Assembly: GCA_050633245.1 (NCBI GenBank)
Contig: JBOEGD010000024.1
Span: forward strand, 1-64,000
DNA from: Calditrichia bacterium
GTDB taxonomy: Bacteria > Calditrichota > Calditrichia > RBG-13-44-9 > J075
DNA length: 64,000 nt
Reading direction: 5' to 3'
This document shows, one piece after another, positions 39,732-49,110 of the stretch (positions are counted from its first letter, which is position 1; each line of letters starts with the position of its first letter). The position numbers and the translations under genes were made by a program. The notes under the pieces were generated by a model that had not been told where the DNA came from, ran no database searches, and saw nothing but the letters and a program-made list of their open reading frames with translations.

Positions 39732-40685
39732 ATGCTTGGAGAACACTTTTTAAATTGGGGTATTGTTGCCCAGGAACAAGATGGGTATCCCATTGACTGG
39801 CAGCATATATTCGGACGTATCGCGCCGATTGGAATCGAAATCGGTTTTGGCAATGGCGAATATCTGTTGGAGTGGTCGCGTCGTCAGCCGGACTGGAATT
39901 TAATTGGCATGGAAGTGTCGCTGGAGTCGATGGAGCGCTGCCAAATGCGCATGCGCAAGCACCAGGTTCAACATGCGCGTCCACTTTACTGCGATGCCCG
40001 ATTTGGCCTAAAGGAGTTTTTCGCTCCAGAATCTATCGACCATGTCGTTATGAACTATCCCGACCCGTGGCCAAAGCGTCGTCACGATAATCGTCGATTA
40101 ATCAGCGGAAACTTCCCGGACGTATTGGCCTCTGGTTTAAAGACCGGCTGCTTTTATGAACTGGTTACCGATCAGGAGTTTTACGTGCGTGAGGCGGCAG
40201 AACGGTTTGCAGATTCCCCCTTTTTTGATACCTCACCAGTGGAACGCAATCCGGAGCGGTCAGTTAAAACGAAATACGAACGTAAATGGGATGAGATGGG
40301 ACGCGATTGCTTTCGTTTATTGGCACGCAAGATAAAGCAATCCAGTCCAAATAGATTACTGGAGAACTCGGAAATGCCGCATACTTTTTTGACTCGTGAA
40401 CCCGAATTAATGCTCGTTCGTAAACTACAGGATTTTACTCATCGCGATAAGCATGGTTTGGTTACGGTAAAGCAAATTTTTAAAAATACAGAGCAGGATG
40501 GTTATCTTCTGAAGGTGGTCGCAAAGGATATTGACTACAAGCAGAGTTTCTTCGTGTTAATAAAGCCACATGAGGATGGACGCTGGATTGTAAAGCTCGA
40601 TCAGGGGGCTCTTCCCTATCGTACACCGGCGGTTAAAATGGCGGTTTGGGAGATCGGAAACGCCCTTGTGGAGAGCCTTTCCTGA
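39732..40685 (+). CDS. trmB: tRNA (guanine-N7)-methyltransferase with C-terminal extension
   Basis: IEIGFGNG, NYPDPWPK.RH..RRL, LVTD, TKYERKW; ATG 39732 preferred. Confidence 0.92.
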   Translation: MLGEHFLNWGIVAQEQDGYPIDWQHIFGRIAPIGIEIGFGNGEYLLEWSRRQPDWNLIGMEVSLESMERCQMRMRKHQVQHARPLYCDARFGLKEFFAPESIDHVVMNYPDPWPKRRHDNRRLISGNFPDVLASGLKTGCFYELVTDQEFYVREAAERFADSPFFDTSPVERNPERSVKTKYERKWDEMGRDCFRLLARKIKQSSPNRLLENSEMPHTFLTREPELMLVRKLQDFTHRDKHGLVTVKQIFKNTEQDGYLLKVVAKDIDYKQSFFVLIKPHEDGRWIVKLDQGALPYRTPAVKMAVWEIGNALVESLS

Positions 40686-40803
40686 TTAAAAATCTCTTGC
40701 GATCTTATGGCTAAACAGTTAACATAATTATAATTGAATAAAAAAAGATAGAGAAAATGATAAGTATAAAGAAAAAGAAAAAAAAAGAACAGGTGGTATA
40801 TGA

Positions 40804-42507
40804 ATGGAGCACAAATGGGTGCTTGATGATGAGTTCGCCGAGGAGGATATCGAGCGGCTAGCGGGTGAACTGGGTGTTCCCCGAGTGTTGTCGCATATTC
40901 TCCTTCAACGAGGTGTAGACTGTTTTGACAAGGCACAAACTTATTTCCGCCCAGATCTGAACGAGCTGTACGATCCGTATCTGATGAAAGATATGGATAT
41001 TGCTGTCAAGAGACTGAATGAAGCCCTTAGTAAAGGGGAAAAAATTCTGGTCTTTGGTGACTATGATGTTGATGGCGTCTCCAGCTGTTCACTGGTATAT
41101 CTTGTCTTGGCCAAATTAGTCGGCTCTAAAGCCAGCTACTATATTCCTGACCGCATTAAAGACGGTTATGGTTTGTCTAAACGTGCTATTGAAAAAGCGC
41201 GTGATGATGGAATCTCGCTAATTATTACTGTGGACTGTGGCGTTACAGCAATTGAAGAAGTAAAACACGCTACGGAGTGCGGGGTTGATATTATCATTTC
41301 CGATCACCATGAATCTGGTGATGAACTCCCTCCAGCCGTTGCTGTTTTAGATCCCAAGCGTAAAGATTGTCCATATCCTTTTAAAGAATTGGCCGGTGTT
41401 GGCGTGGCATTTAAGTTTATGCAAGGGCTATACGACCAACTTGGCATGAATAAGTCCGAACTGGATGAATATCTGGATCTCGTGGCTATCGGCAGCAGCG
41501 CGGATATCGTGCCGCTGATTGATGAAAATCGAATTTTGGTGCGCCATGGACTGGATCGTATTAATTACAATCCACGCTTTGGTGTTAAAGCTCTTCTTGA
41601 ATCAACCGGTTTGGACAAGCGAGATATCACGGTCGGACTGATCGTTTTTGTTGTCGCCCCGCGAATTAATGCTGTGGGACGAATGGGTGATGCCGGCAGG
41701 GCTGTTAAGCTGCTGGTTGCCAGAAGCCTGCAGCAGGGACGCGTTGCAGCAAAAGAGCTGGAGCGTGAAAATAAGCTGCGCCGTACTGTAGATGAAAACA
41801 CGTTTAAAGAGGCAATCGAACTGGTAGAACAGAAACTTCAACCAGACGACGATTCCTGCATCGTGCTTTATCAAAAAGATTGGCATCCCGGTGTTATCGG
41901 AATAGTTGCCTCTCGAATTGTAGAGAGATACTATCGACCAGCAATTATGATTTCAGTGGTAAATGGTGTCGGTAAGGGATCGGCCCGAAGCATTGCTAAT
42001 TTTAATATCTATGAAGCAATTAAAAGCTGTTCGGAATATCTTGAGGCATTTGGTGGTCATAAATACGCTGCTGGATTGACTATCAAGGAAGAGAATATTC
42101 CCGCCTTTGTCGAAAAATTTAAGATCGCGGCAGCAAATACGCTTCCCGAGAAGGATCTTATTCCGACCGTTCAAGTCGACTGCGAAGTGCGTTTAAAAGA
42201 TTTTGATGAACGCCTGATGCGCCTCTTAAAACTTATGGGGCCGTTTGGACCAAAAAATCTGAGACCGGTTTTCGTTTCGCGTCAGCTAAATATTGTTGGT
42301 GATCCCTGCATCGTAGGTGGTAATCACCTAAAGCTGAATGTTGAGCAAAATGGTGTCGTTATGAATGCAATCGGTTTTAATCTCGGTAATCATCTCGAAA
42401 AAGTGAAAACGCAAAAAGCGCTTGTAGACTGCGCTTATGTGATAGAAGAAAATTTCTGGAATGGCAGAAAGAAACTACAACTCAGGCTAAAAGACGTTAA
42501 AGTATAA
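40804..42507 (+). CDS. recJ: Single-stranded-DNA-specific exonuclease
   Basis: GDYDVDG, TVDCG, SDHH, ADIVPL..ENR, PRINA.GR, GKGSARS, FGGH..AAG. Confidence 0.98.
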   Translation: MEHKWVLDDEFAEEDIERLAGELGVPRVLSHILLQRGVDCFDKAQTYFRPDLNELYDPYLMKDMDIAVKRLNEALSKGEKILVFGDYDVDGVSSCSLVYLVLAKLVGSKASYYIPDRIKDGYGLSKRAIEKARDDGISLIITVDCGVTAIEEVKHATECGVDIIISDHHESGDELPPAVAVLDPKRKDCPYPFKELAGVGVAFKFMQGLYDQLGMNKSELDEYLDLVAIGSSADIVPLIDENRILVRHGLDRINYNPRFGVKALLESTGLDKRDITVGLIVFVVAPRINAVGRMGDAGRAVKLLVARSLQQGRVAAKELERENKLRRTVDENTFKEAIELVEQKLQPDDDSCIVLYQKDWHPGVIGIVASRIVERYYRPAIMISVVNGVGKGSARSIANFNIYEAIKSCSEYLEAFGGHKYAAGLTIKEENIPAFVEKFKIAAANTLPEKDLIPTVQVDCEVRLKDFDERLMRLLKLMGPFGPKNLRPVFVSRQLNIVGDPCIVGGNHLKLNVEQNGVVMNAIGFNLGNHLEKVKTQKALVDCAYVIEENFWNGRKKLQLRLKDVKV

Positions 42508-42526
42508 GACCGCCGGAGCTTTATTT

Positions 42527-43453
42527 GTGAAAGAGTTTTATCAGAACCTTCAAAAGAAACGCAGCGAAAAAGGCATTTCGCTGGAGGATATTAATCAAAA
42601 AACCCGACTTCCCATGAGCTATCTCAAAGCTCTGGAAGAAGGGCGCATGGATGATCTTCCCTTCGGATACGAACGCATTTACCTTCGTCGCTATGTAAAG
42701 GAGATTGGCCTTAATGAGGCGGAAGTTCTTCGGGACTTCGATATGCTTACCGGCAGGCTGGCCCCTACCACTGCTTCTGACGCCGTTAGCGAAGAAGCCG
42801 AACTCGAAGAGCCGGTGGCTGCGCCTTCACCCAGTTTCCCATCCAGCGTTAATGCCCAGGAGTTTGTGCATAGCTTAAATCTGGACCGCATTCATAAGCT
42901 GGTTTGGGTTGGCGGTGCTTTCTTTGCTATATTGCTGGCAGGCTATTTTATCTGGCAGCAATATATGACGCATCAAAATGATAAAGCGTTGGAAGTGAAA
43001 GAGATATCTTTGCAAGAGCTGGTCGAAAACTTTGAAGAAAAAGATACAACCGAAGTGATTCCGGATTCAACAGAAGTGCAAGCTGCTACAGCTCTTATCG
43101 CTTCGCAAGGCACTACAGGAAATGTTAATGTGTTGCTAAATGCGTTGAAGCGCACCTGGATTCGCGAGATTCGGGATGTGAAAGACACCACGGATTATAT
43201 CCTGCCCCGTGGCATCAGACGCAGTGTTAACGCACGATCATCCATTCAATTTCGGTTTGGCGTCGCAGATGGTGTCGAAGTGTGGCTGAATAAGAAAAAC
43301 CTCGGCGTTATGGGAAAGGAAGATGAAGTCTTATTGTATCTACTGCTCGATGCCGATGGAATTCAAGGTAAGCGGGTCAGAAAGGTACAACCAGGCGCTA
43401 AAGCACCTGTATCTACCGCAATTCCCGATGCACCACCAATCAGGGGGCAATAA
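42527..43453 (+). CDS. rodZ: RodZ-like HTH-TM-periplasmic domain protein
   Basis: N-terminal HTH (GISLEDI..KTRL...YLKALEEG...LP..Y.R.YLR.Y...IGL), single TM, C-terminal beta domain with G.A.GVEV.LN. Confidence 0.8.
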   Translation: MKEFYQNLQKKRSEKGISLEDINQKTRLPMSYLKALEEGRMDDLPFGYERIYLRRYVKEIGLNEAEVLRDFDMLTGRLAPTTASDAVSEEAELEEPVAAPSPSFPSSVNAQEFVHSLNLDRIHKLVWVGGAFFAILLAGYFIWQQYMTHQNDKALEVKEISLQELVENFEEKDTTEVIPDSTEVQAATALIASQGTTGNVNVLLNALKRTWIREIRDVKDTTDYILPRGIRRSVNARSSIQFRFGVADGVEVWLNKKNLGVMGKEDEVLLYLLLDADGIQGKRVRKVQPGAKAPVSTAIPDAPPIRGQ

Positions 43454-43977
43454 TGAAAAATTTGTCTGGATTTATTTATATAGCTTTTCTGATAATGCTG
43501 ACATCAGCATGTTCCTCCAGTAAAAAGGTGACGACATCTATGGCTGAGCCCGAGAAGGTAGAAACTGTTTTGGTTGGGGACTTGAAGTATACGGATATCA
43601 TTTCTACGCTTCCCCGCTGGGAAGAGCAGGATAAGCAAGCAGAGTTAAATCCTGCTGAGGTCGAGCAGCTTAGTAAGGTTGCCCGCAAAATTGAAGTGGT
43701 CTGTTATCTTGGGACATGGTGTCCTGATTCCCGCGGAGCGGTACCACAATTTACGCGGAGTCTTGAATTAGCCGAGAACCCTAATATTTCTTACCGCATT
43801 ATTGGATTGAATCGCGATAAAGATGATCCGCCTGCACATCTTGCGCTGCAGAACGATATTCAGCGGGTGCCGACATTTGTAATTTATGAGAATGAAGCTG
43901 AAATCGGTCGACTGATAGAATATCCAGTTCAGGAAAATTTTGTTTTAGACATTCTGGAGCTGCTTAGCTCGAAGTAA
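43453..43977 (+). CDS. Monothiol thioredoxin-fold lipoprotein
   Basis: Lipobox TSA-C; GTWCPDS; RVPTF cis-Pro loop; EIGR.IE.P; TAATG coupling with rodZ. Confidence 0.85.
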   Translation: MKNLSGFIYIAFLIMLTSACSSSKKVTTSMAEPEKVETVLVGDLKYTDIISTLPRWEEQDKQAELNPAEVEQLSKVARKIEVVCYLGTWCPDSRGAVPQFTRSLELAENPNISYRIIGLNRDKDDPPAHLALQNDIQRVPTFVIYENEAEIGRLIEYPVQENFVLDILELLSSK

Positions 43978-44079
43978 GGCAGAGCAACTTTTCAGAATTA
44001 GAACTGGTATTATTAAGAATATTGGCGCATATTTACGGCTCGAAAAATGATGAGCTGTTTAACAATTAAAGTGATACTG

Positions 44080-44376
44080 ATGACGAATACGAATATCGAC
44101 AAAACAGATGAAAATGAATCAACGGTAGATAAAACCTACAATAAAATTACCCGTGTCATGGAAGGGTATATTATACTGTGTTTTGTCCTCGTCACAATTA
44201 TTCCCCTGCTTGAATACGCATGGGTTCCTCCATTTGTTCGATTTATCTACTTCACCGGTTTTCCCATGCTGCTTATTCTAATTTTGGTTAGCCTTGTGAA
44301 AGATAATATCCTCGACAATTTGAAACGCAAATACGATGAGACTCCCGGCCAGGCCAAATCTGCCGGAAGGAAGTAA
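44080..44376 (+). CDS. Small two-TM membrane protein
   Basis: Two hydrophobic helices; operon position; start uncertain (44047 or 44080). Confidence 0.65.
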   Translation: MTNTNIDKTDENESTVDKTYNKITRVMEGYIILCFVLVTIIPLLEYAWVPPFVRFIYFTGFPMLLILILVSLVKDNILDNLKRKYDETPGQAKSAGRK

Positions 44377-44378
44377 AA

Positions 44379-45377
44379 ATGATTCATATATCTTCCCGGC
44401 GGTTGGGAGATATCCTTTCTTTAAGTTCCCGCAAACGCATTATGGTTATTGGCGATCTCATGCTCGATCGCTACCTATGGGGACAGGTTACTCGAATTTC
44501 CCCTGAAGCCCCCGTTCCAATAATAAATATTGAAGATGATGAAGTCCGCTTTGGTGGTGCAGCCAACGTGGCTAACAATATTGTTGGCCTTGGTGCAGAA
44601 CCCGTTTTGGTTGGAACTATCGGTGATGATAACGGTGGAGAAATATTCCGCAGACTATTGGCCGAAAAAAAACTAACCGCCGCTGGGTTAATTGTTGATA
44701 GTTCGCGACCCACAACAATTAAAACGCGAATCATCGGTAATGATCAGCAAATAGCCCGCGTCGACCGCGAGAAGACGCATTCGATAAGCACTGAGGTGCA
44801 AGACCGCATTCTACAGCAGGTGCGCGATTTAATCGTCGATGTCGATGCGATTATTCTGCAGGATTATAACAAAGGGATGATGCTGCCCGGATTAATAAAA
44901 GGCATTGTTGAAATAGCAGGCAAAGCAGATACGATTGTTACTGTCGATCCGAAGTTCGATCACTTCCTTGAATACCGCGGTGTAACGCTATTCAAACCGA
45001 ATCGTAAGGAAACTGAGGAGGCGCTTGTAATGCGACTCGATAGTGATGAGGCTGTCTGCGAGGCTGGCAGTTTGCTTCTAAAAGAGCTAAGCGCCAAAGC
45101 CGTGTTAATCACCTTGAGTGAACGCGGTGTGGCACTGTTCGAGCGGGACGAAGAGCCGGTTTTTACCCATACGCGCGCTCGCAAAGTTGCAGATGTGTCA
45201 GGTGCTGGTGATACTGTTATCGCAGCAGTGACGGTTGCTTTGGCTGCAGGAGCGTCCTTTAAGGAAGCCGTTTCGATGGCGAATTATGCCGCAGGAGTTG
45301 TTTGCGGCGAAGTAGGAGTCGTGCCAATAACAAGAGCGCATTTAATGTCAGCTTTTGAGCAAAACACAGGCGATTAG
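44379..45377 (+). CDS. rfaE1: D-glycero-beta-D-manno-heptose-7-phosphate kinase (stand-alone HldE domain I)
   Basis: GDLMLDRY..G...RISPEAPVP, GGAANVA, PTTIKTR, DYNKG, DVSGAGDTV. Confidence 0.95.
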   Translation: MIHISSRRLGDILSLSSRKRIMVIGDLMLDRYLWGQVTRISPEAPVPIINIEDDEVRFGGAANVANNIVGLGAEPVLVGTIGDDNGGEIFRRLLAEKKLTAAGLIVDSSRPTTIKTRIIGNDQQIARVDREKTHSISTEVQDRILQQVRDLIVDVDAIILQDYNKGMMLPGLIKGIVEIAGKADTIVTVDPKFDHFLEYRGVTLFKPNRKETEEALVMRLDSDEAVCEAGSLLLKELSAKAVLITLSERGVALFERDEEPVFTHTRARKVADVSGAGDTVIAAVTVALAAGASFKEAVSMANYAAGVVCGEVGVVPITRAHLMSAFEQNTGD

Positions 45378-46108
45378 CGATTTTGGCGAGCCTGCCAAAG
45401 GACCTCTGCCAGATGCAACATCTTTGTCGATCCGCCCTGACGTTTACTATATCCGGACAAATGCATCAAGCAACTGGAATCTCCTGAAACGAGAACAGAA
45501 GCACCACTTTCCCGGATCCACTCCGTTTTATTCTCAGCCATTGCCGTTGAAATCTCGGCAAACTTTACCGAAAATGTCCCGCCAAATCCACAGCAGGTAT
45601 CCGATCGTTTCATCTCCTCTAGCGACAAACCATCGATAGACCGGAGTAACTTTCGCGGCTGCTCAAAAATGCCCAATTCCCGCAAACCATGACATGCATC
45701 ATGATATGTTACAGTTGCATCGTATTGGCCATTCCAGGTTTCAATGCCAAGTTCATCGACCAAAAACTGCGATAATTCAAAGATGCGGCTCTGGATTTTG
45801 GCATGCCGCTCAAAGCCTGAATCGGATAGTTTCAGATGCTCGTAATGTTTTTTTACCTGGCTTACGCAGCTTCCGGAAGGGGCGACAATCGTTTCAGCAT
45901 CTTCAAATATTTTCAGGAAACGTTCTGCCATAACCGCACATTCGGCGGCATAACCACTATTTCCGGCGGGTTGGCCACAGCAGGTTTGCTCTTCTAAAAA
46001 GATAGGTTGGCAATCCAGGTCGCGCAGGATATTTACCATCGCCATCGCAACTTGCGGAAAATACTGATCGACATAACAGGGGATGAACAAGTGTATGGGA
46101 CGAGGCAT
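45374..46108 (-). CDS. lutA: LutA/YkgE-family Fe-S protein (two CCG domains)
   Basis: FIPCYVD, QTCCGQPA.NSG, PSGSC, TYHDACH..R, CCGFGGTFSVK, D.SCLMH. Confidence 0.88.
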   Translation of the reverse strand: MPRPIHLFIPCYVDQYFPQVAMAMVNILRDLDCQPIFLEEQTCCGQPAGNSGYAAECAVMAERFLKIFEDAETIVAPSGSCVSQVKKHYEHLKLSDSGFERHAKIQSRIFELSQFLVDELGIETWNGQYDATVTYHDACHGLRELGIFEQPRKLLRSIDGLSLEEMKRSDTCCGFGGTFSVKFAEISTAMAENKTEWIRESGASVLVSGDSSCLMHLSGYSKRQGGSTKMLHLAEVLWQARQNR

Positions 46109-46119
46109 GGCATGCTTTC

Positions 46120-47212
46120 CTATTTATTGAGCAGGAAGGCGTAGATGAAACCATCCAGATCGCCGTCCATAACTTTTTGAACGTCGCCGGTTTCATGGCT
46201 GGTGCGATGATCCTTTACCATGCTGTATGGGTGGAATACATAGGAGCGTATTTGATTTCCCCAACCGATCTCGGTTTTTGTGTCTTCAAGCTCCTGCAGG
46301 CGAGCTTTTTCTTCTTCCAGCTTAAGTTGATAGAGGCGGCCGGAAAGAATCTTCATGGCATTGGCTTTGTTCTTGTGTTGCGAGCGTTCGCTCTGACAAG
46401 TTACCACGGTGTTGGTTGGCAGATGAGTGATCCGCACTGCAGAATCGGTACGGTTTACGTGCTGTCCACCAGCGCCACTGGCGCGGTAAGTGTCGATTCG
46501 CAGATCATTGGGATTAATTTCGATCTCAAAATCGTCGTCTACCTCGGGAACAACAAATATGGAGGCAAAAGACGTATGGCGGCGACCGCTGGAGTCGAAA
46601 GGAGAAATGCGCACCAGGCGATGCACACCAACTTCGGCCTTTAGAAATCCGTAGGCGTAGTCGCCCTTAATTTCCAATGTTGCGCTTTTTATTCCTGCCT
46701 CATCCCCGGGGAGCATATCCAAAGTGGATGCCTTGAAGTCCTTTCGCTCGGCCCACCGAAGAAACATACGCATGAGCATTTGAGCCCAGTCCTGACTTTC
46801 GGTTCCGCCGGCACCCGGATGAATCGTAAGAATAGCGTTTTTGGGGTCTTCAGGAGTAGAGAGCAGGCCTTTTAGTTCCAGCTCTTGAGTAGCAGCATAC
46901 AAGGTTTCACCGTCTTTGGCAACCTCGGCAAGAGTCTCAGCATCGTCTGCTTCCAGTGCCATTTCCAGCATTAGGCGCAAATCTTCCAGCTGCTGTTGCT
47001 GCTTTTTCCACGAGTTCAGTTTGTCTCGCTTGGTGTTCAGATGTTTTAATATTTTTTGAGCGCTTTCCTGATTGTTCCAAAACTCCGGTTCTGCGGTCTT
47101 TGCTTCAAGAACTTTGATATCTTCTGCCAGCTGAGAAATATCAAAGATACCCCCGAAGGTTTTCGAGGATAATGCCGGTCTTTTCCAAGTGAGACTGTAT
47201 TTCTTCGCTCAT
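46120..47212 (-). CDS. prfB: Peptide chain release factor 2, expressed through a programmed +1 frameshift
   Basis: ORF0 MSEEIQSHLEKTGIILENLRGYL ends at CTT TGA (47146-47141); +1 frame continues DISQLAEDIK...FWNNQ into the SPF and GGQ motifs; length 1093 = 3n+1. Confidence 0.97.
47140..47155 (-). promoter_or_regulatory. prfB frameshift cassette
   Basis: CGGGGG TAT CTT TGA T: internal SD-like G run, 3-nt spacer, slippery CUU-UGA. Confidence 0.93.
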
Positions 47213-47232
47213 GCGATAGACTCTCTATTGTT

Positions 47233-48825
47233 TTACAGCTTATAGGCTTTTTGAATTGAATGCGATTCAAAATAGTGATTCAGAATCTTTTTATGGTTCT
47301 GCTTTTCCATTGCCATAATTGCGGCTCCGGTTTTACACATACCAACGCCATGCCCGTGGCCTGCGCCAACAAAGGTGAAGGAAATAGGAGTGCCTGTATC
47401 ATCAAGTTCCCGTTCTACCAGAAAACAGGAGCTTGGCAGATATTCATGCGCAAGGGCTTCGCGAATGTTAAGCTGACCGCGAATGCGATAATTTTTCAGA
47501 CTGCCAATCAGTTCTATTTCGCGCAGACGGGCGGATGCGCCGCGATCAATTGGAATAATCTCGAATAGGATACCGATATCCTCACCGGTTTTTTTGCGAA
47601 TAATTTCTTCCAGCTCTCGACGCGAATAGTTGAATTCCCAACGGAAAAACTTTTTTACTCGTTCTAATGATGCCGGTAGTTCCCGGCCCTTCATGTTGCA
47701 CCAGGTTTCCGGGCGGGAGAGAATCCAGTTACGAGCATTGTTCTCTTTACGCAGGTTTGTAGAGCGTTTCGGCTTTTCGGCACTATCGAGCTTTCCGATA
47801 AGGAGTGGATTTTCACCATCCCCGAGCATACCACCAGCGTTTTCAGTGTGCCCCCCACAAATCAGATGAAATGGGGTGTCACTGATATTGCCATCATTGC
47901 AAACGACCTGTCCGGTAGTTAGGTTCACCGCCTTGTCGATGTTCTCATCCTCAAACTCTTCGCCGAAATAGCGAAGCGTTTCACCGGTGTGTCCATAATC
48001 GAATGGGTCGCCTAAACGTTTGTGGTTGATGCGGGCCAGTGCTTCACTACGGCAAACAATGGCGAGACTTTTGGAAAACTCAAGCGGCAGGTCTGTACCA
48101 ATTTCGGAATAGATAACCCGCTTTAGATATGCTTCCAGCGGAATTTCGCTGATTCCCATCAGGTTGCCCTTGATATCGAAGCGAAGTTCTACAACACCGC
48201 TATAAACAAGATCGTTGAAATGCTCTTTTTGCAGCAGGTCATCGAAGCTGCGAACGCCAAAAATTTTCGTCATGGTAGCCGTTTCTTCCGGCACGATACG
48301 CACAACGTTTGCAGCTTCAGTAGACTTGTCGTATTCTGCGTCGAATATTTCAAGATAGCCCTGAGGCGCTTCCAGCTGTCTTTTCTCAAAATAGGGAATA
48401 AATGTCGGTTGAAATTGCTTGAAGGCTTTACGAGCAGCCATTTCACTGCCGTATTCTCCGGCTGTAATAACATATTTGCTATTGTCATTTAACTTTTTGT
48501 TCTTCAGATAAATCTCGCCGCCAAGCTGTCTGATCTCGGCTGATTCATCCATCGAGCGGGCTATTTCGAGCTTCTTCTCTGCATCTTCGCGTTTAAAGGA
48601 TTCGTAGAGGATAAGAAAAAATGCTTCTTTTCCAGGCCGACTGTCACGCATCTTTACGCGCCACTTCAAATCGGACTTCATGGGCTTGAGCAATTCTTTC
48701 CCGTCGCCATCCTCCAGATGAAATTTACCCATAACCCGAAAGTCGATATGTTCCTGGCCAGTAAAGAGACCAATTCGAAATACCGGTTGATTATCGCGTT
48801 CTTTCAGTTGAATCTTATTATCCAT
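47233..48825 (-). CDS. SpoIID/LytB-domain protein with SPOR-like N-terminal inserts
   Basis: PLEAYL..VI.SE, CGGHTE, FFRW, LPSS.F, G.GHGHGVGMC..GA..MA...IL.HYF. Confidence 0.88.
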   Translation of the reverse strand: MDNKIQLKERDNQPVFRIGLFTGQEHIDFRVMGKFHLEDGDGKELLKPMKSDLKWRVKMRDSRPGKEAFFLILYESFKREDAEKKLEIARSMDESAEIRQLGGEIYLKNKKLNDNSKYVITAGEYGSEMAARKAFKQFQPTFIPYFEKRQLEAPQGYLEIFDAEYDKSTEAANVVRIVPEETATMTKIFGVRSFDDLLQKEHFNDLVYSGVVELRFDIKGNLMGISEIPLEAYLKRVIYSEIGTDLPLEFSKSLAIVCRSEALARINHKRLGDPFDYGHTGETLRYFGEEFEDENIDKAVNLTTGQVVCNDGNISDTPFHLICGGHTENAGGMLGDGENPLLIGKLDSAEKPKRSTNLRKENNARNWILSRPETWCNMKGRELPASLERVKKFFRWEFNYSRRELEEIIRKKTGEDIGILFEIIPIDRGASARLREIELIGSLKNYRIRGQLNIREALAHEYLPSSCFLVERELDDTGTPISFTFVGAGHGHGVGMCKTGAAIMAMEKQNHKKILNHYFESHSIQKAYKL

Positions 48826-49110
48826 CCTTTAACTCGCAGGTTTTGTCATAAGAGCGTGGAGATTTTGTGTAGCTGAATAATTTAGCATACTTTTTGTTCC
48901 AAATCAAGTCTCAACGGGTCGGTAAGCCCGGTATATATCATATTTTAGCAAAAATTTCAAAATTTCATCTTTACTTTTCACGATAGACGGAATTACTGTT
49001 GAAAAGTCGACTTATATTCAAGAATATATGTGAACTTGTTTTAGAAAGGTTAGTTTACCGATCAATAGCCGTGGGATTTGCTAAGGATTAACTGAAAATA
49101 GGATACGTAT

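Noticed and set aside
39496-39984. 162-aa minus-strand ORF (and 39656-39853) across the sRNA region
   Set aside because: Antisense to trmB, no recognisable protein features, and it would run through a promoter and terminator
46981-47270. prfB as a truncated gene or pseudogene, and the 74-aa ORF 47046-47270
   Set aside because: Explained by the programmed +1 frameshift; the 74-aa ORF is in the third frame
48998-49021. Imperfect palindrome TTGAAAAGTCGACTTATATTCAA upstream of the SBP operon
   Set aside because: Interrupted, single copy in AT-rich DNA; could be chance
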